Source: Alphaproteobacteria bacterium
Lineage (GTDB): Bacteria > Pseudomonadota > Alphaproteobacteria > RF32 > CAG-239
Direction of reading: 5' to 3'
Assembly: GCA_017464685.1 (NCBI GenBank)
Contig: JAFTYO010000022.1
Span: 2,836-66,835 of the forward strand
DNA: 64,000 nt
Part shown: in pieces, positions 19,831-28,655 of the stretch
How the letters are laid out: the number at the start of each line of letters is the position of its first letter
Numbering within the stretch: the stretch's first letter is position 1
The notes under the pieces: generated by a model
Told to the model about the DNA's origin: nothing
Database searches by the model: none
The model's input: the letters and a program-made list of their open reading frames with translations, nothing else
Translations under genes and position numbers: made by a program

Positions 19831-20274
19831 ATGATAACACAAAACAGATGGCAACATATTTTATCAGTTGCAAGAAAAGCTAAAAACTTAGCCTTAAAAT
19901 TAAGGCCGAAAGATGAACAATTTGCTCAAGATATGTTTTTGTTAGGTCTGTTACACGATATAGGATATGAATTTTGCAATGATGTTTGCAACCATGGTGC
20001 AATCGGAGGTAAAATTTTAGAGCGCTCAAAATATAAATATTGGCAAGAAGTTGCAAATCATGGCAATGAAACCATAGACCAGATGTCTGATGAATTGTTT
20101 ATTTTAAATTATGCCGATATGACAACCGGTTCAAATGGTGAAGATTTTTCTTTTGATGAAAGATTAAAAGACATTGCCGATAGATATGGTGCAGACAGTA
20201 GTGCATACAAAAAATGTGTTATTGAAGTTGAAAAACTGAAATCAGATATAAGGTGTTATAATTTCTACGATTAG
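19831..20274 (+). CDS. HD-domain phosphohydrolase (147 aa)
   Basis: H...HD motif (LLHDIGY) with downstream His and Asp residues. Translationally coupled to the upstream gene. Confidence 0.55.
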   Translation: MITQNRWQHILSVARKAKNLALKLRPKDEQFAQDMFLLGLLHDIGYEFCNDVCNHGAIGGKILERSKYKYWQEVANHGNETIDQMSDELFILNYADMTTGSNGEDFSFDERLKDIADRYGADSSAYKKCVIEVEKLKSDIRCYNFYD

Positions 20275-20344
20275 ATTATACATAATATGTTAATCATATT
20301 TTTACTAAAACTTATTACAATAAGCCTTAGATTATTTTAATGGA

Positions 20345-21247
20345 TTGATCATGTTTTATATATTTATTTCTTTTTTCGCCCCCTTTTTTAATGCATTAGC
20401 AAGCAGTATAGAAAGTAGATTATCGAATAGTGTATTTAAACATCCGACGACAATGATATTTTATATATCTATGCTAAGCTGGTTGTTTTTACCGCTATGC
20501 TTTGTTTTCGGACTTCCCACAATTCCACCACGAGAAGCTATGTTTTGCTATTTCGGGATTGCTTTAATCGACATTCTTTATCTTTATCCGTTTTATACCG
20601 CAATGAAAGTAATAGATAATTCAATTGTTGCCGCTTTATTTTCTTTAGGACAAATAACCATCCCAATTATGTCATTTTTGTTTCTTGGTGATGTATTAAA
20701 TCTAGACCAATATATCGGATTTATAATAATCATAATGGCATCTGTGGCCCTCAGTATAAAAGGAACACGTGTACCTAAGCTTAACAAAGCTTTTTACTAT
20801 ATGGTCTTTGCCTCTTTGTTGCGTGCCATATATATTATTTTAGAAAAATATACCCTTATTATAGATGAAAATTGGATAAATATGGTAATTTATCCCAGTC
20901 TTATGACCGGAATAATTCCTTTTAGTTTTTTATTCATAAAAAAATATCGTAAAGACATAATAAAAAAATTTCCGCCATATTATAGTAAATTTAAAATTTT
21001 TCTTCTAAATGAATTTTTGTGTTATTTAGAATTGTTAGCTGAAATATATGGAATATCCGGTTTATCACCTGTTGTAAGTGCTGCAATCAGTGCCACCATG
21101 CCAATATTTATGATTGTATTTTGCTATATAGGATTAAAGAAATTCAATATTCCACTTAATGAAAAAATAACCAGAAAACAATTAACTAAGAAACTTTTTT
21201 GCTTTGTTTTAATAATTCTGGGAGTAATTTTGGTTGTCAACCATTAA
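20345..21247 (+). CDS. polytopic membrane protein, possibly a DMT/EamA-like transporter (300 aa)
   Basis: About 10 hydrophobic helices. The size fits the DMT fold, but no diagnostic motif was found. Confidence 0.4.
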   Translation: MIMFYIFISFFAPFFNALASSIESRLSNSVFKHPTTMIFYISMLSWLFLPLCFVFGLPTIPPREAMFCYFGIALIDILYLYPFYTAMKVIDNSIVAALFSLGQITIPIMSFLFLGDVLNLDQYIGFIIIIMASVALSIKGTRVPKLNKAFYYMVFASLLRAIYIILEKYTLIIDENWINMVIYPSLMTGIIPFSFLFIKKYRKDIIKKFPPYYSKFKIFLLNEFLCYLELLAEIYGISGLSPVVSAAISATMPIFMIVFCYIGLKKFNIPLNEKITRKQLTKKLFCFVLIILGVILVVNH

Positions 21248-21293
21248 TATTATGAGCTATACCTCAAGTGAATTGAGGTATAGCTATGTATCA

Positions 21294-23159
21294 TTAAAGC
21301 TCAGGCACAGAAGCTTTAGTCCTTTTTTCTTCCGAAACCGGCACCTCATTTTTGCGATTAAGAGGCTCACCATTAATTACCGCCTTAATTTCATCACCGG
21401 TTAAGGTTTCATATTCGATTAAAGCCTTCGCTAAAGTTTCCCACTCTTTTGATTTTTCTTTTAATATTTTTGTGGCTTCAGCATGACCTTCGGTCACTAA
21501 GCGCTTAATTTCAGCATCAACCAAACGAGCTGTATCTTCACTCATATTTTTGTTTTGGGTAACCGAACGTCCTAAGAACACTTCACCCGAATTTTCAGAA
21601 TATAAAACAGGACCCAATGTGTCACTCATTCCCCATTCGGTAACCATAGAACGAGCCAAATTTGTGGCAGCGGCAATATCAGATGATGCTCCCGAGGTTA
21701 CGGCTTCATATCCGAACTTTAATTCTTCCGCCACACGACCACCCATCAAAATGACAAGTCGTGAAAGCATTTTGGCTCTGGTATAAGAATATTGGTCTTT
21801 TTCCGGCAACTGTTGTACCATACCCAAAGCTCGTCCTCTGGGTATAATGGTTGCCTTATGAATTGGGTCTGTTTCTTTGACATTTAGGGAACAAATGGCA
21901 TGACCGGCTTCATGATATGCAGTGAGCATTTTTTCTTTTTCATCCATAGCCATAGATTTTCGTTCATTGCCCATTAAGACTTTGTCTTTAGCATCATCAA
22001 AATCTTTGGCCGTAACTTTGCGTTTGTTTTTACGAGCTGCCAACAAAGCAGCCTCATTTACAAGGTTCGCCAAATCAGCTCCCGAAAAACCAGGGGTTCC
22101 TCTGGCAACAACTGCCAAATTTACATCTTTAGCAAGAGGAACTTTTCTGACGTGAACTTTCAAAATTTCTTCACGACCTTTAATATCCGGATTTGTAACC
22201 GTAACTTGTCTGTCAAAACGACCGGGGCGCAACAAAGCGGGGTCTAACACATCGGGTCTGTTGGTAGCGGCAATTAAGATAATGTTTTCATTTTCTTCAA
22301 AACCGTCCATTTCCACAAGCAACTGGTTTAGGGTTTGTTCTCGTTCATCATTTCCGCCGCCAAGACCGGCACCACGATGACGACCTACAGCATCAATTTC
22401 ATCAATAAACACCAAACAAGGTGCATTTTTTTTGGCTTGAGCAAACATATCACGAACACGAGATGCACCCACACCGACAAACATTTCAACAAAATCCGAA
22501 CCCGAAATCGAGAAGAACGGAACATCGGCTTCACCAGCAACTGCTTTTGCCAAAAGAGTTTTACCTGTTCCCGGAGGACCTACCAATAATACGCCTTTAG
22601 GGATTCTGCCGCCTAAACGAGAAAACTTTTGCGGGTCTTTCAAAAAATCAACAATTTCTTCAAGTTCTTGTTTTGATTCATCGGCGCCCGCAACATCGGC
22701 AAAAGTAACTTTTTTGTTGTTTTCAATTAATCTGGCACGAGATTTACCAAAACTCATAGCCTTGTTGTTGCCAGAATTGGCTTGACGCATAAAGAATATC
22801 CACACACCCACAAGCAAAAGCATCGGAAACCATGAAATTACAATTCCCCAAAAAGTGTTCGAGCTTGTATCAATAGGTTTGGCATTGACACGAACACCGT
22901 TTTGACGCAGTGTTTCAAACATTGATGGGTCATTGGGGGCATATGTATAAAACTCTTTACCCTCAGATGTTATACCTCTGACATCATGTCCTGAAATGTT
23001 TACTTCGGCAATGCGTTTATTGTCAGCCTCGTTCATAAAGTCTGAAAAAGCCATTTGTTCCACATTTACCATGCGGGCTTTTTCACTGAAAGCACTGACA
23101 ATGGCCGATAAGCCTAAAAAGATGATAAGCCAAACAACCAAATTTTTACCAGATTTCAT
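21294..23159 (-). CDS. ftsH: ATP-dependent zinc metalloprotease FtsH
   Basis: N-terminal TM segments, the AAA module ([26 protein letters not shown]), second region of homology and the HEAGHA zinc site. Confidence 0.95.
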   Translation of the reverse strand: MKSGKNLVVWLIIFLGLSAIVSAFSEKARMVNVEQMAFSDFMNEADNKRIAEVNISGHDVRGITSEGKEFYTYAPNDPSMFETLRQNGVRVNAKPIDTSSNTFWGIVISWFPMLLLVGVWIFFMRQANSGNNKAMSFGKSRARLIENNKKVTFADVAGADESKQELEEIVDFLKDPQKFSRLGGRIPKGVLLVGPPGTGKTLLAKAVAGEADVPFFSISGSDFVEMFVGVGASRVRDMFAQAKKNAPCLVFIDEIDAVGRHRGAGLGGGNDEREQTLNQLLVEMDGFEENENIILIAATNRPDVLDPALLRPGRFDRQVTVTNPDIKGREEILKVHVRKVPLAKDVNLAVVARGTPGFSGADLANLVNEAALLAARKNKRKVTAKDFDDAKDKVLMGNERKSMAMDEKEKMLTAYHEAGHAICSLNVKETDPIHKATIIPRGRALGMVQQLPEKDQYSYTRAKMLSRLVILMGGRVAEELKFGYEAVTSGASSDIAAATNLARSMVTEWGMSDTLGPVLYSENSGEVFLGRSVTQNKNMSEDTARLVDAEIKRLVTEGHAEATKILKEKSKEWETLAKALIEYETLTGDEIKAVINGEPLNRKNEVPVSEEKRTKASVPEL

Positions 23160-23254
23160 CTAAAACTTCCTTAAAAAATTTTTTACTATTGATTTATATA
23201 GGGTGTAATATGAAAAAACTCAAGAGCATTTATAATTTTGCGCACCACGGAAAA

Positions 23255-24076
23255 TTATTTGCTCAAACTTTTAAGCAATTTTATTTCTTGTTGCCAACCC
23301 GATAAATCATTGGGTGTTTCCAAAATAAACGGTAAATGTTTTAATTTTTTATGATTGATGATATTTACGAATGTATCAAGACCTATTGTTCCCTTACCGA
23401 TTTGTTCGTGTCGGTCTTTATGAGAATTAAATTCTGTTTTACTGTCATTTAAATGAATGGCTTTCAACTTTTCAAGACCGATAATTTTATCAAATTTTTC
23501 CAAGACCGAATCTAATTGATTGACGATATCATAACCAGCGGAATATACATGACAAGTATCCAGACACACTCCTATTTTTTCAGGCAATTCAACTTGTTTG
23601 ATAATTTCTTGAAGTTCTTCAAAAGTTGCGCCCACTTCTGAGCCTTTACCAGACATTGTTTCAAGTAATATGGTTGTAGTTTGATTTGGCATTATAATTT
23701 TATCTAATAGGGAAGCAATTTTATCAATACCGATTTTAGCACCCTGCCCGACATGACTTCCGGGGTGAAAATTATAATAATTGTTAGGGATTAGTTCCAT
23801 TCTGCTTAAGTCATCTTTAAATACAAGCTCGGCAAATTCGGCTGTTTTAGGATTATCGGAACAAGGATTTAAAGTGTAAGGGGCATGAGCCACAATTTTT
23901 TTGTCGGAAAATATTTTAAGAAATTCCTCAATATCATTCAAATCTAAATCTTTAGCTTTGGAGCCTTGCGGATTACGAGTAAAAAATTGAAAAGTTGAGG
24001 CACTAATGGTAAAAGCATTTTTTGCCATTGCAACAAAACCCTTAGAAGAAGATAAATGGCAACCGATATTAAGCAT
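23255..24076 (-). CDS. nfo: endonuclease IV (AP endonuclease)
   Basis: Nfo blocks are present: [35 protein letters not shown]...DRHE and ILETP. Confidence 0.85.
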   Translation of the reverse strand: MLNIGCHLSSSKGFVAMAKNAFTISASTFQFFTRNPQGSKAKDLDLNDIEEFLKIFSDKKIVAHAPYTLNPCSDNPKTAEFAELVFKDDLSRMELIPNNYYNFHPGSHVGQGAKIGIDKIASLLDKIIMPNQTTTILLETMSGKGSEVGATFEELQEIIKQVELPEKIGVCLDTCHVYSAGYDIVNQLDSVLEKFDKIIGLEKLKAIHLNDSKTEFNSHKDRHEQIGKGTIGLDTFVNIINHKKLKHLPFILETPNDLSGWQQEIKLLKSLSK

Positions 24077-24210
24077 ATAATTTCCTTTAATATGTGTTAT
24101 TTTTGCTTGATTATAGACTGTGTTAAAAAAATATCTATAATTTTTTGCACTTTTTGAAAAAAAATACTTGTTTTAAAAAAATATTGATGTATTAGTATAG
24201 TCACTGTTTA

Positions 24211-24287
24211 CGGATTGTAGTTCAGCCTGGTAGAACGCTTCGTTCGGGTCGAAGAGGTCGCTAGTTCGAATCTAGTCAATCCGACCA
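24211..24287 (+). tRNA. tRNA-Pro (anticodon CGG)
   Basis: Acceptor CGGATTG/CAATCCG, anticodon stem CTTCG/CGAAG with loop TTCGGGT (G37), T-arm GGTCG..TTCGAAT, then ACCA. Confidence 0.85.
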
Positions 24288-25796
24288 TACATGACGAAAG
24301 CCTCCAGAGAGGATGTTCTCTAGAGGCTTTCTTATTGAAAATAAAGGATTTTTTCCTTCTAGCAAAAAGTTCGAATAAAGCAATTTTAAAACCTTCCGTT
24401 TTTCTTGGCAATTCGAACTTTCATAAATCTCAGGTATCTTAGATACCAATAAAATCAGCTCTTCTAAGCTGTTTAACCCTTGCTTTGTTACTTCATTATA
24501 ATGTGATAATTTTTTATCTAGATTTTCGATTTGTTTTGTAATTTCATCATATTTTTTATTATATTGTTCCTGTGTAATACTATTATTAAGACGCATATCA
24601 AGCAACATATCCAAATTGTTTTCCAACTGAGTCTTTTTGCTTTTCAAAATCCGTCTTTCCTCTATTTCTATTTTGTGCTTTTCTTTAATTTCTTGTTGAA
24701 TCAAAACCAATGTATCTTCAAGTAGCTTTAACGGCATTTTTTTGAGCCTACACAAGTCATCTTTAATTTTAGCGTCAACTATATTCTCGTTAATACGAGT
24801 GTCTTTACAATGAGGGCAAAACAGATATTTATGCACGCGACCGTTTTGTTTATATTTGACATCCGGCGTAATCATTTTTCCGCAATGTTTGCAAAATATC
24901 ATACCGCGATATACGTCCTCAACTTTACGCTTCCGATGGAAAGACCTCCCGAGGAGGAGGTCTTGGCATTTATCAAATAATTCTTTACTTATGAGCTTTT
25001 CGTAATTGTGAGGGTAAAGTTTACCGTAGCACTTCATAAAACCGTAGTAAAACGGATTCTTTAGCATATTTATGATTGTTTGCTTATGAACTTTGTTCTT
25101 TTGTTTCTTTTTATACCGTCTCGTTTTAAAACCCAATTCGTCCGCGAGACGTGTCAAATCTGCCAATGAATATGTACCTGTCGCATATTCACGAAATAAT
25201 TTTTTTACAATCGGTCCCATAATCGGGTCAACCAGAATAGTTGTACTGTGTCTGCTATAGCGTTCGTTATAATACCCGACAGGAGCACCGCTAAAATATT
25301 CTCCGGTATCAGGCATGGCTTCCATTCCTCTTTTAACGTTATCCGACAGATTGCTAGTGTAACCTGAGGCAAGTAATATTTCAAATTGATATCTCATCCA
25401 ATCGTTACCAGATGAGTGTTTATTCAAAACCAATCCGCTTGTTACAAAATGAAGTTGCACCCCATTCATAACCAAATCATAAATTGTGCTATATTCTTTA
25501 AAGCTACGTTGCAACCTATCCACTTTATCACACACAATGGCAATCGGTGGCTTTTGTTTTTTTATAAAATCTATTACCTCATTAAATTGTTTTCTGGGAC
25601 CCCTTGTTGAACTTTCCTCAAAGGAAATAGTTTTTATAATAGGCATATGAAGGCGCTCGCAATATTGCTTGATACGACTATCTTGTGCATCCAACGAATA
25701 CCCTTCTGCTTGTTCGCGCGTTGATACGCGAGAAAAAGAAACAGCTTTAATATTTTGTGCCATATTTTTTTCACTTTCATTTATAAATTTTGTCAT
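24276..25796 (-). CDS. large serine recombinase (506 aa)
   Basis: N-terminal resolvase-type catalytic domain (AVSFSRVSTREQ, VCDKVDRLQRS), then a recombinase domain, a Cys4 zinc ribbon (CKHCG...CPHCKD) and a coiled coil. Its 3' end overlaps the 3' end of tRNA-Pro by ~12 nt. Confidence 0.8.
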   Translation of the reverse strand: MTKFINESEKNMAQNIKAVSFSRVSTREQAEGYSLDAQDSRIKQYCERLHMPIIKTISFEESSTRGPRKQFNEVIDFIKKQKPPIAIVCDKVDRLQRSFKEYSTIYDLVMNGVQLHFVTSGLVLNKHSSGNDWMRYQFEILLASGYTSNLSDNVKRGMEAMPDTGEYFSGAPVGYYNERYSRHSTTILVDPIMGPIVKKLFREYATGTYSLADLTRLADELGFKTRRYKKKQKNKVHKQTIINMLKNPFYYGFMKCYGKLYPHNYEKLISKELFDKCQDLLLGRSFHRKRKVEDVYRGMIFCKHCGKMITPDVKYKQNGRVHKYLFCPHCKDTRINENIVDAKIKDDLCRLKKMPLKLLEDTLVLIQQEIKEKHKIEIEERRILKSKKTQLENNLDMLLDMRLNNSITQEQYNKKYDEITKQIENLDKKLSHYNEVTKQGLNSLEELILLVSKIPEIYESSNCQEKRKVLKLLYSNFLLEGKNPLFSIRKPLENILSGGFRHVWSD

Positions 25797-25800
25797 GATT

Positions 25801-27180
25801 TCAATTCCTTATATTATTTTCACTTTTCAAATTCTCAAGTACATTTTGGGTGCTTTCTTGAGTTAGTAAGGATTCTTCCGAATGTTCTTGAGGGCTACTT
25901 TCTTCCGATGGTAAAACAATAACATCGTTTGCAACGAGTTTCTTGCCAATACCACCAAAAATTTTCATTAACGTCTTATTGTCCGGCTCATAGCTCTTGA
26001 CGAGATTGAACAGTTTTAATGCTGTGGCATTTTTGCCAATCAATCTTTTGACATAAGGTGCTCCGCAGTCATCAATCACTTTAGCCATGCCGATAAATTC
26101 AAACTTTTTCAGCAATTTTGCATCGCCAAGATTCAACAGCATACTTTCACTGCCATCTTGCAGAAAATAAATTTGCCGTCCGGCTTCATAAATTTTCCGC
26201 CAAAAATGAACATTGAGCTTACGCGCAATTTCACTTTTAAATACGTCGCGGAAAGTTATAGTATAACCTTCTTCAAAGAAAATCCCGACTTTGGCTAACT
26301 TTCGGCGCAAGACTTTTGAATTGTTGAGCCTAACTTCAAGTCGCAACACTTGTAAATTTCCAAGTTTTTCAATGTCAATATTTTGAAAATCTCGGTGAGA
26401 TTCCTCATCAATACACCTTTTAGGCGAAAACTGCATTTGCCTAATGTCAGCTATCTTGTCATAAACCGCAATTTCATAATCATTATAATGAAACCTTGCG
26501 CAGTGACCGCCGTTAAGATAATCCGTATGTCCATTGCCTGAGCGAGCGCCAAAATTTATCTTAGCCACATTGCTGACAATATATTGTGTTGCCACGCCCT
26601 TAGGCAAAATGATATTTTTGCAGCTGTGATACCTGACTATCGGCGCATTGGCTAAAACGTTAGGGCTGACTTTGATGCCCATTTCAAGCAAAACATCCTT
26701 TAGTTTTAAAACCGATGGCTTAAAATCTTGGTTACAAACTTCTTGCAAATTATTGCCGTATAACAGCTTGGGAAGTGAAACATCTATCTGTAAATAAATG
26801 CTTCTGCCGCCGTGCTGTTGACCGTTGATAAGCAAAAGTCTTGGTTTATAGTGATTTAAACGTTTATCTTCCGCAGTCATGCCTTGGTATGTTGTCGAAG
26901 TTCCGCGTCCGAAATATCCCAAAACTTTGTTAACCGGCGAATCAAATTTGTCTTCCACGATTTCAAAATCGTTCAATCTAAGACGAAGCCTCACGGTGTC
27001 GCAAATTGCTTTGCGACACCCAGCTTCGTTGCCGCTAAGCAACGCTGTCATCATCACCTCCTTCAAAATCATCGTTATCGTTAGCAGGTTCAGGCGTAAT
27101 TCCGGCCTGCATGCCGTAAAATAAAGTGATAAGCGAGCAGATGAATTTTGCCGTTTCACCTGCTTGCTCGTTTGAACCAT
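25801..27180 (-). CDS. hypothetical protein (459 aa), possibly a replication or mobilisation protein of the element
   Basis: Only its position next to the recombinase suggests a role. No motif recognised. Confidence 0.3.
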   Translation of the reverse strand: MVQTSKQVKRQNSSARLSLYFTACRPELRLNLLTITMILKEVMMTALLSGNEAGCRKAICDTVRLRLRLNDFEIVEDKFDSPVNKVLGYFGRGTSTTYQGMTAEDKRLNHYKPRLLLINGQQHGGRSIYLQIDVSLPKLLYGNNLQEVCNQDFKPSVLKLKDVLLEMGIKVSPNVLANAPIVRYHSCKNIILPKGVATQYIVSNVAKINFGARSGNGHTDYLNGGHCARFHYNDYEIAVYDKIADIRQMQFSPKRCIDEESHRDFQNIDIEKLGNLQVLRLEVRLNNSKVLRRKLAKVGIFFEEGYTITFRDVFKSEIARKLNVHFWRKIYEAGRQIYFLQDGSESMLLNLGDAKLLKKFEFIGMAKVIDDCGAPYVKRLIGKNATALKLFNLVKSYEPDNKTLMKIFGGIGKKLVANDVIVLPSEESSPQEHSEESLLTQESTQNVLENLKSENNIRN

Positions 27181-27419
27181 TATCCATTTTTAACTTTGAT
27201 TCTAGAAGAAAGACAATGTTGTCTGGCGACAGAAATTTGAATCTGCTCCAAATCGTTCATTATAAAAGATATGAGTTCGTTGCAAATTTCTATATTATTG
27301 TCGTCCAAAAATTTTTTCAAATCCATAAGGTCTGATTCTATATAATAGATATAGTTAACAGTTTCTTCGTAGATTTTAAATTTACTTTTTAAGTTAAATA
27401 AGCGAGTAAATTTGTTCAT
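27180..27419 (-). CDS. small hypothetical protein (79 aa)
   Basis: ORF only. Confidence 0.2.
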   Translation of the reverse strand: MNKFTRLFNLKSKFKIYEETVNYIYYIESDLMDLKKFLDDNNIEICNELISFIMNDLEQIQISVARQHCLSSRIKVKNG

Positions 27420-27797
27420 TTAATTTTCTCCATATGTTTTATAAAATTGAAGTCACGGTCAAAAAATTTTTAAATATAGTTGCCCGCCTTCCGAATCAAA
27501 ATTATTCAAAAGGTGGAGAAAAATTGTTTTTAGGGATTTGCGACTGATTTATAATGAAAAATACGAGTTAAATTACGATATTATAATAATTTTTAGATTT
27601 AACTGCTCGTTTTTAGCGATTTTTTGATAAAAACTAGAAATTTGCCATCAAAATTAGGAAAATAAATTGGTATGATTTATAAATCTGAAGAGAGAAAAGT
27701 AGGTGATAAAAATTTACATATAAGAAAATTTTATGTTGAAAAATATTTTTAATATATTAAATTATATTTATATTGAATAATTTAATATGGTGATAAA

Positions 27798-28124
27798 ATG
27801 AATAAGCAGAAAATATTACTAGCTACAGGAGAAATTCTACAAACTGAGCGAAAAAAACAAAAAATTAAGCAAATTGATTTAGCTAAAAAAATTGGCTGTT
27901 CGACATCCGGTCTTTCTAAAATTGAAACTGGTACTGTAGAGATGAAATATTGTACTTTTATTGAAATTTGTGAAAATTTAAAATTAGATCCCAGTAAGGT
28001 ACTTAAACAGGCTGTAGAAATGTCACCTACAAGCTTAAAATGCTTTAAAAAAATTGAAAGTATGCTTCCTGATAAAAATTCGAAGATTGATTTAAATACC
28101 CTGATAGACTTCAATACCCTTTAA
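27798..28124 (+). CDS. XRE-family helix-turn-helix transcriptional regulator (108 aa)
   Basis: Cro/C1-type HTH (IKQIDLAKKIGCSTSGLSKIETG). Confidence 0.65.
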   Translation: MNKQKILLATGEILQTERKKQKIKQIDLAKKIGCSTSGLSKIETGTVEMKYCTFIEICENLKLDPSKVLKQAVEMSPTSLKCFKKIESMLPDKNSKIDLNTLIDFNTL

Positions 28125-28504
28125 TACTCCTCAGCCAATAAAATCGTCAGAACACGATTAGTGATTGTTTCATCGCTTGGGTCTAAGCTCAAGTATTGAT
28201 ATTCAACGTCGTAATAATCGATTTTCCAAAAATAAGTTACGCCGTCAAGGTCAAACGAGCCGAAGTCATGCTCGCCGTTTTGGTCGTTGTCTTGATTAAA
28301 ATTGCTGAAATTTCTGATTTTTTCTGTTATCTCAAGCTGCTTATCTATCGGCAATTCTGCTACGCCTCGCGTTATTAAAACCCGACCGCCTGAAAAATTT
28401 TGTCTTAAGTTATCGTTAAGCTCCCGAATTTTTTTGATTTTATCGTCCATATTGCACCTTTCGTTTAAAACAGAAAGAGCCGGAATTGCTTCCGACCCTT
28501 TCAT
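28121..28504 (-). CDS. DUF3768-like protein (127 aa)
   Basis: Carries a ...DFGSFDLDGVTYFWKIDYYD... block. This resembles a small protein family seen on plasmids and integrative elements of alphaproteobacteria. Confidence 0.4.
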   Translation of the reverse strand: MKGSEAIPALSVLNERCNMDDKIKKIRELNDNLRQNFSGGRVLITRGVAELPIDKQLEITEKIRNFSNFNQDNDQNGEHDFGSFDLDGVTYFWKIDYYDVEYQYLSLDPSDETITNRVLTILLAEEY

Positions 28505-28655
28505 AAAATTTGTTATACCGTTTCTTTTTCATTTTTTGCCTTTTTATTATTTTATAATATCGCCCTTACAAGAACTCAAGCAAATAATTCATATTTTTCT
28601 TTATACATTACAATAAACTGTTGCTATTTATCGCTTTGATAAATATGATGCGATT

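Noticed and set aside
24208-24411. 67-aa ORF on the minus strand
   Set aside because: It is the antisense of tRNA-Pro and overlaps the 3' end of the serine recombinase gene.
27420-27797. AT-rich 380-bp intergenic region as a possible replication origin of the element
   Set aside because: There are no recognisable DnaA-box clusters or iterons. The AT-richness is not distinctive in this genome.
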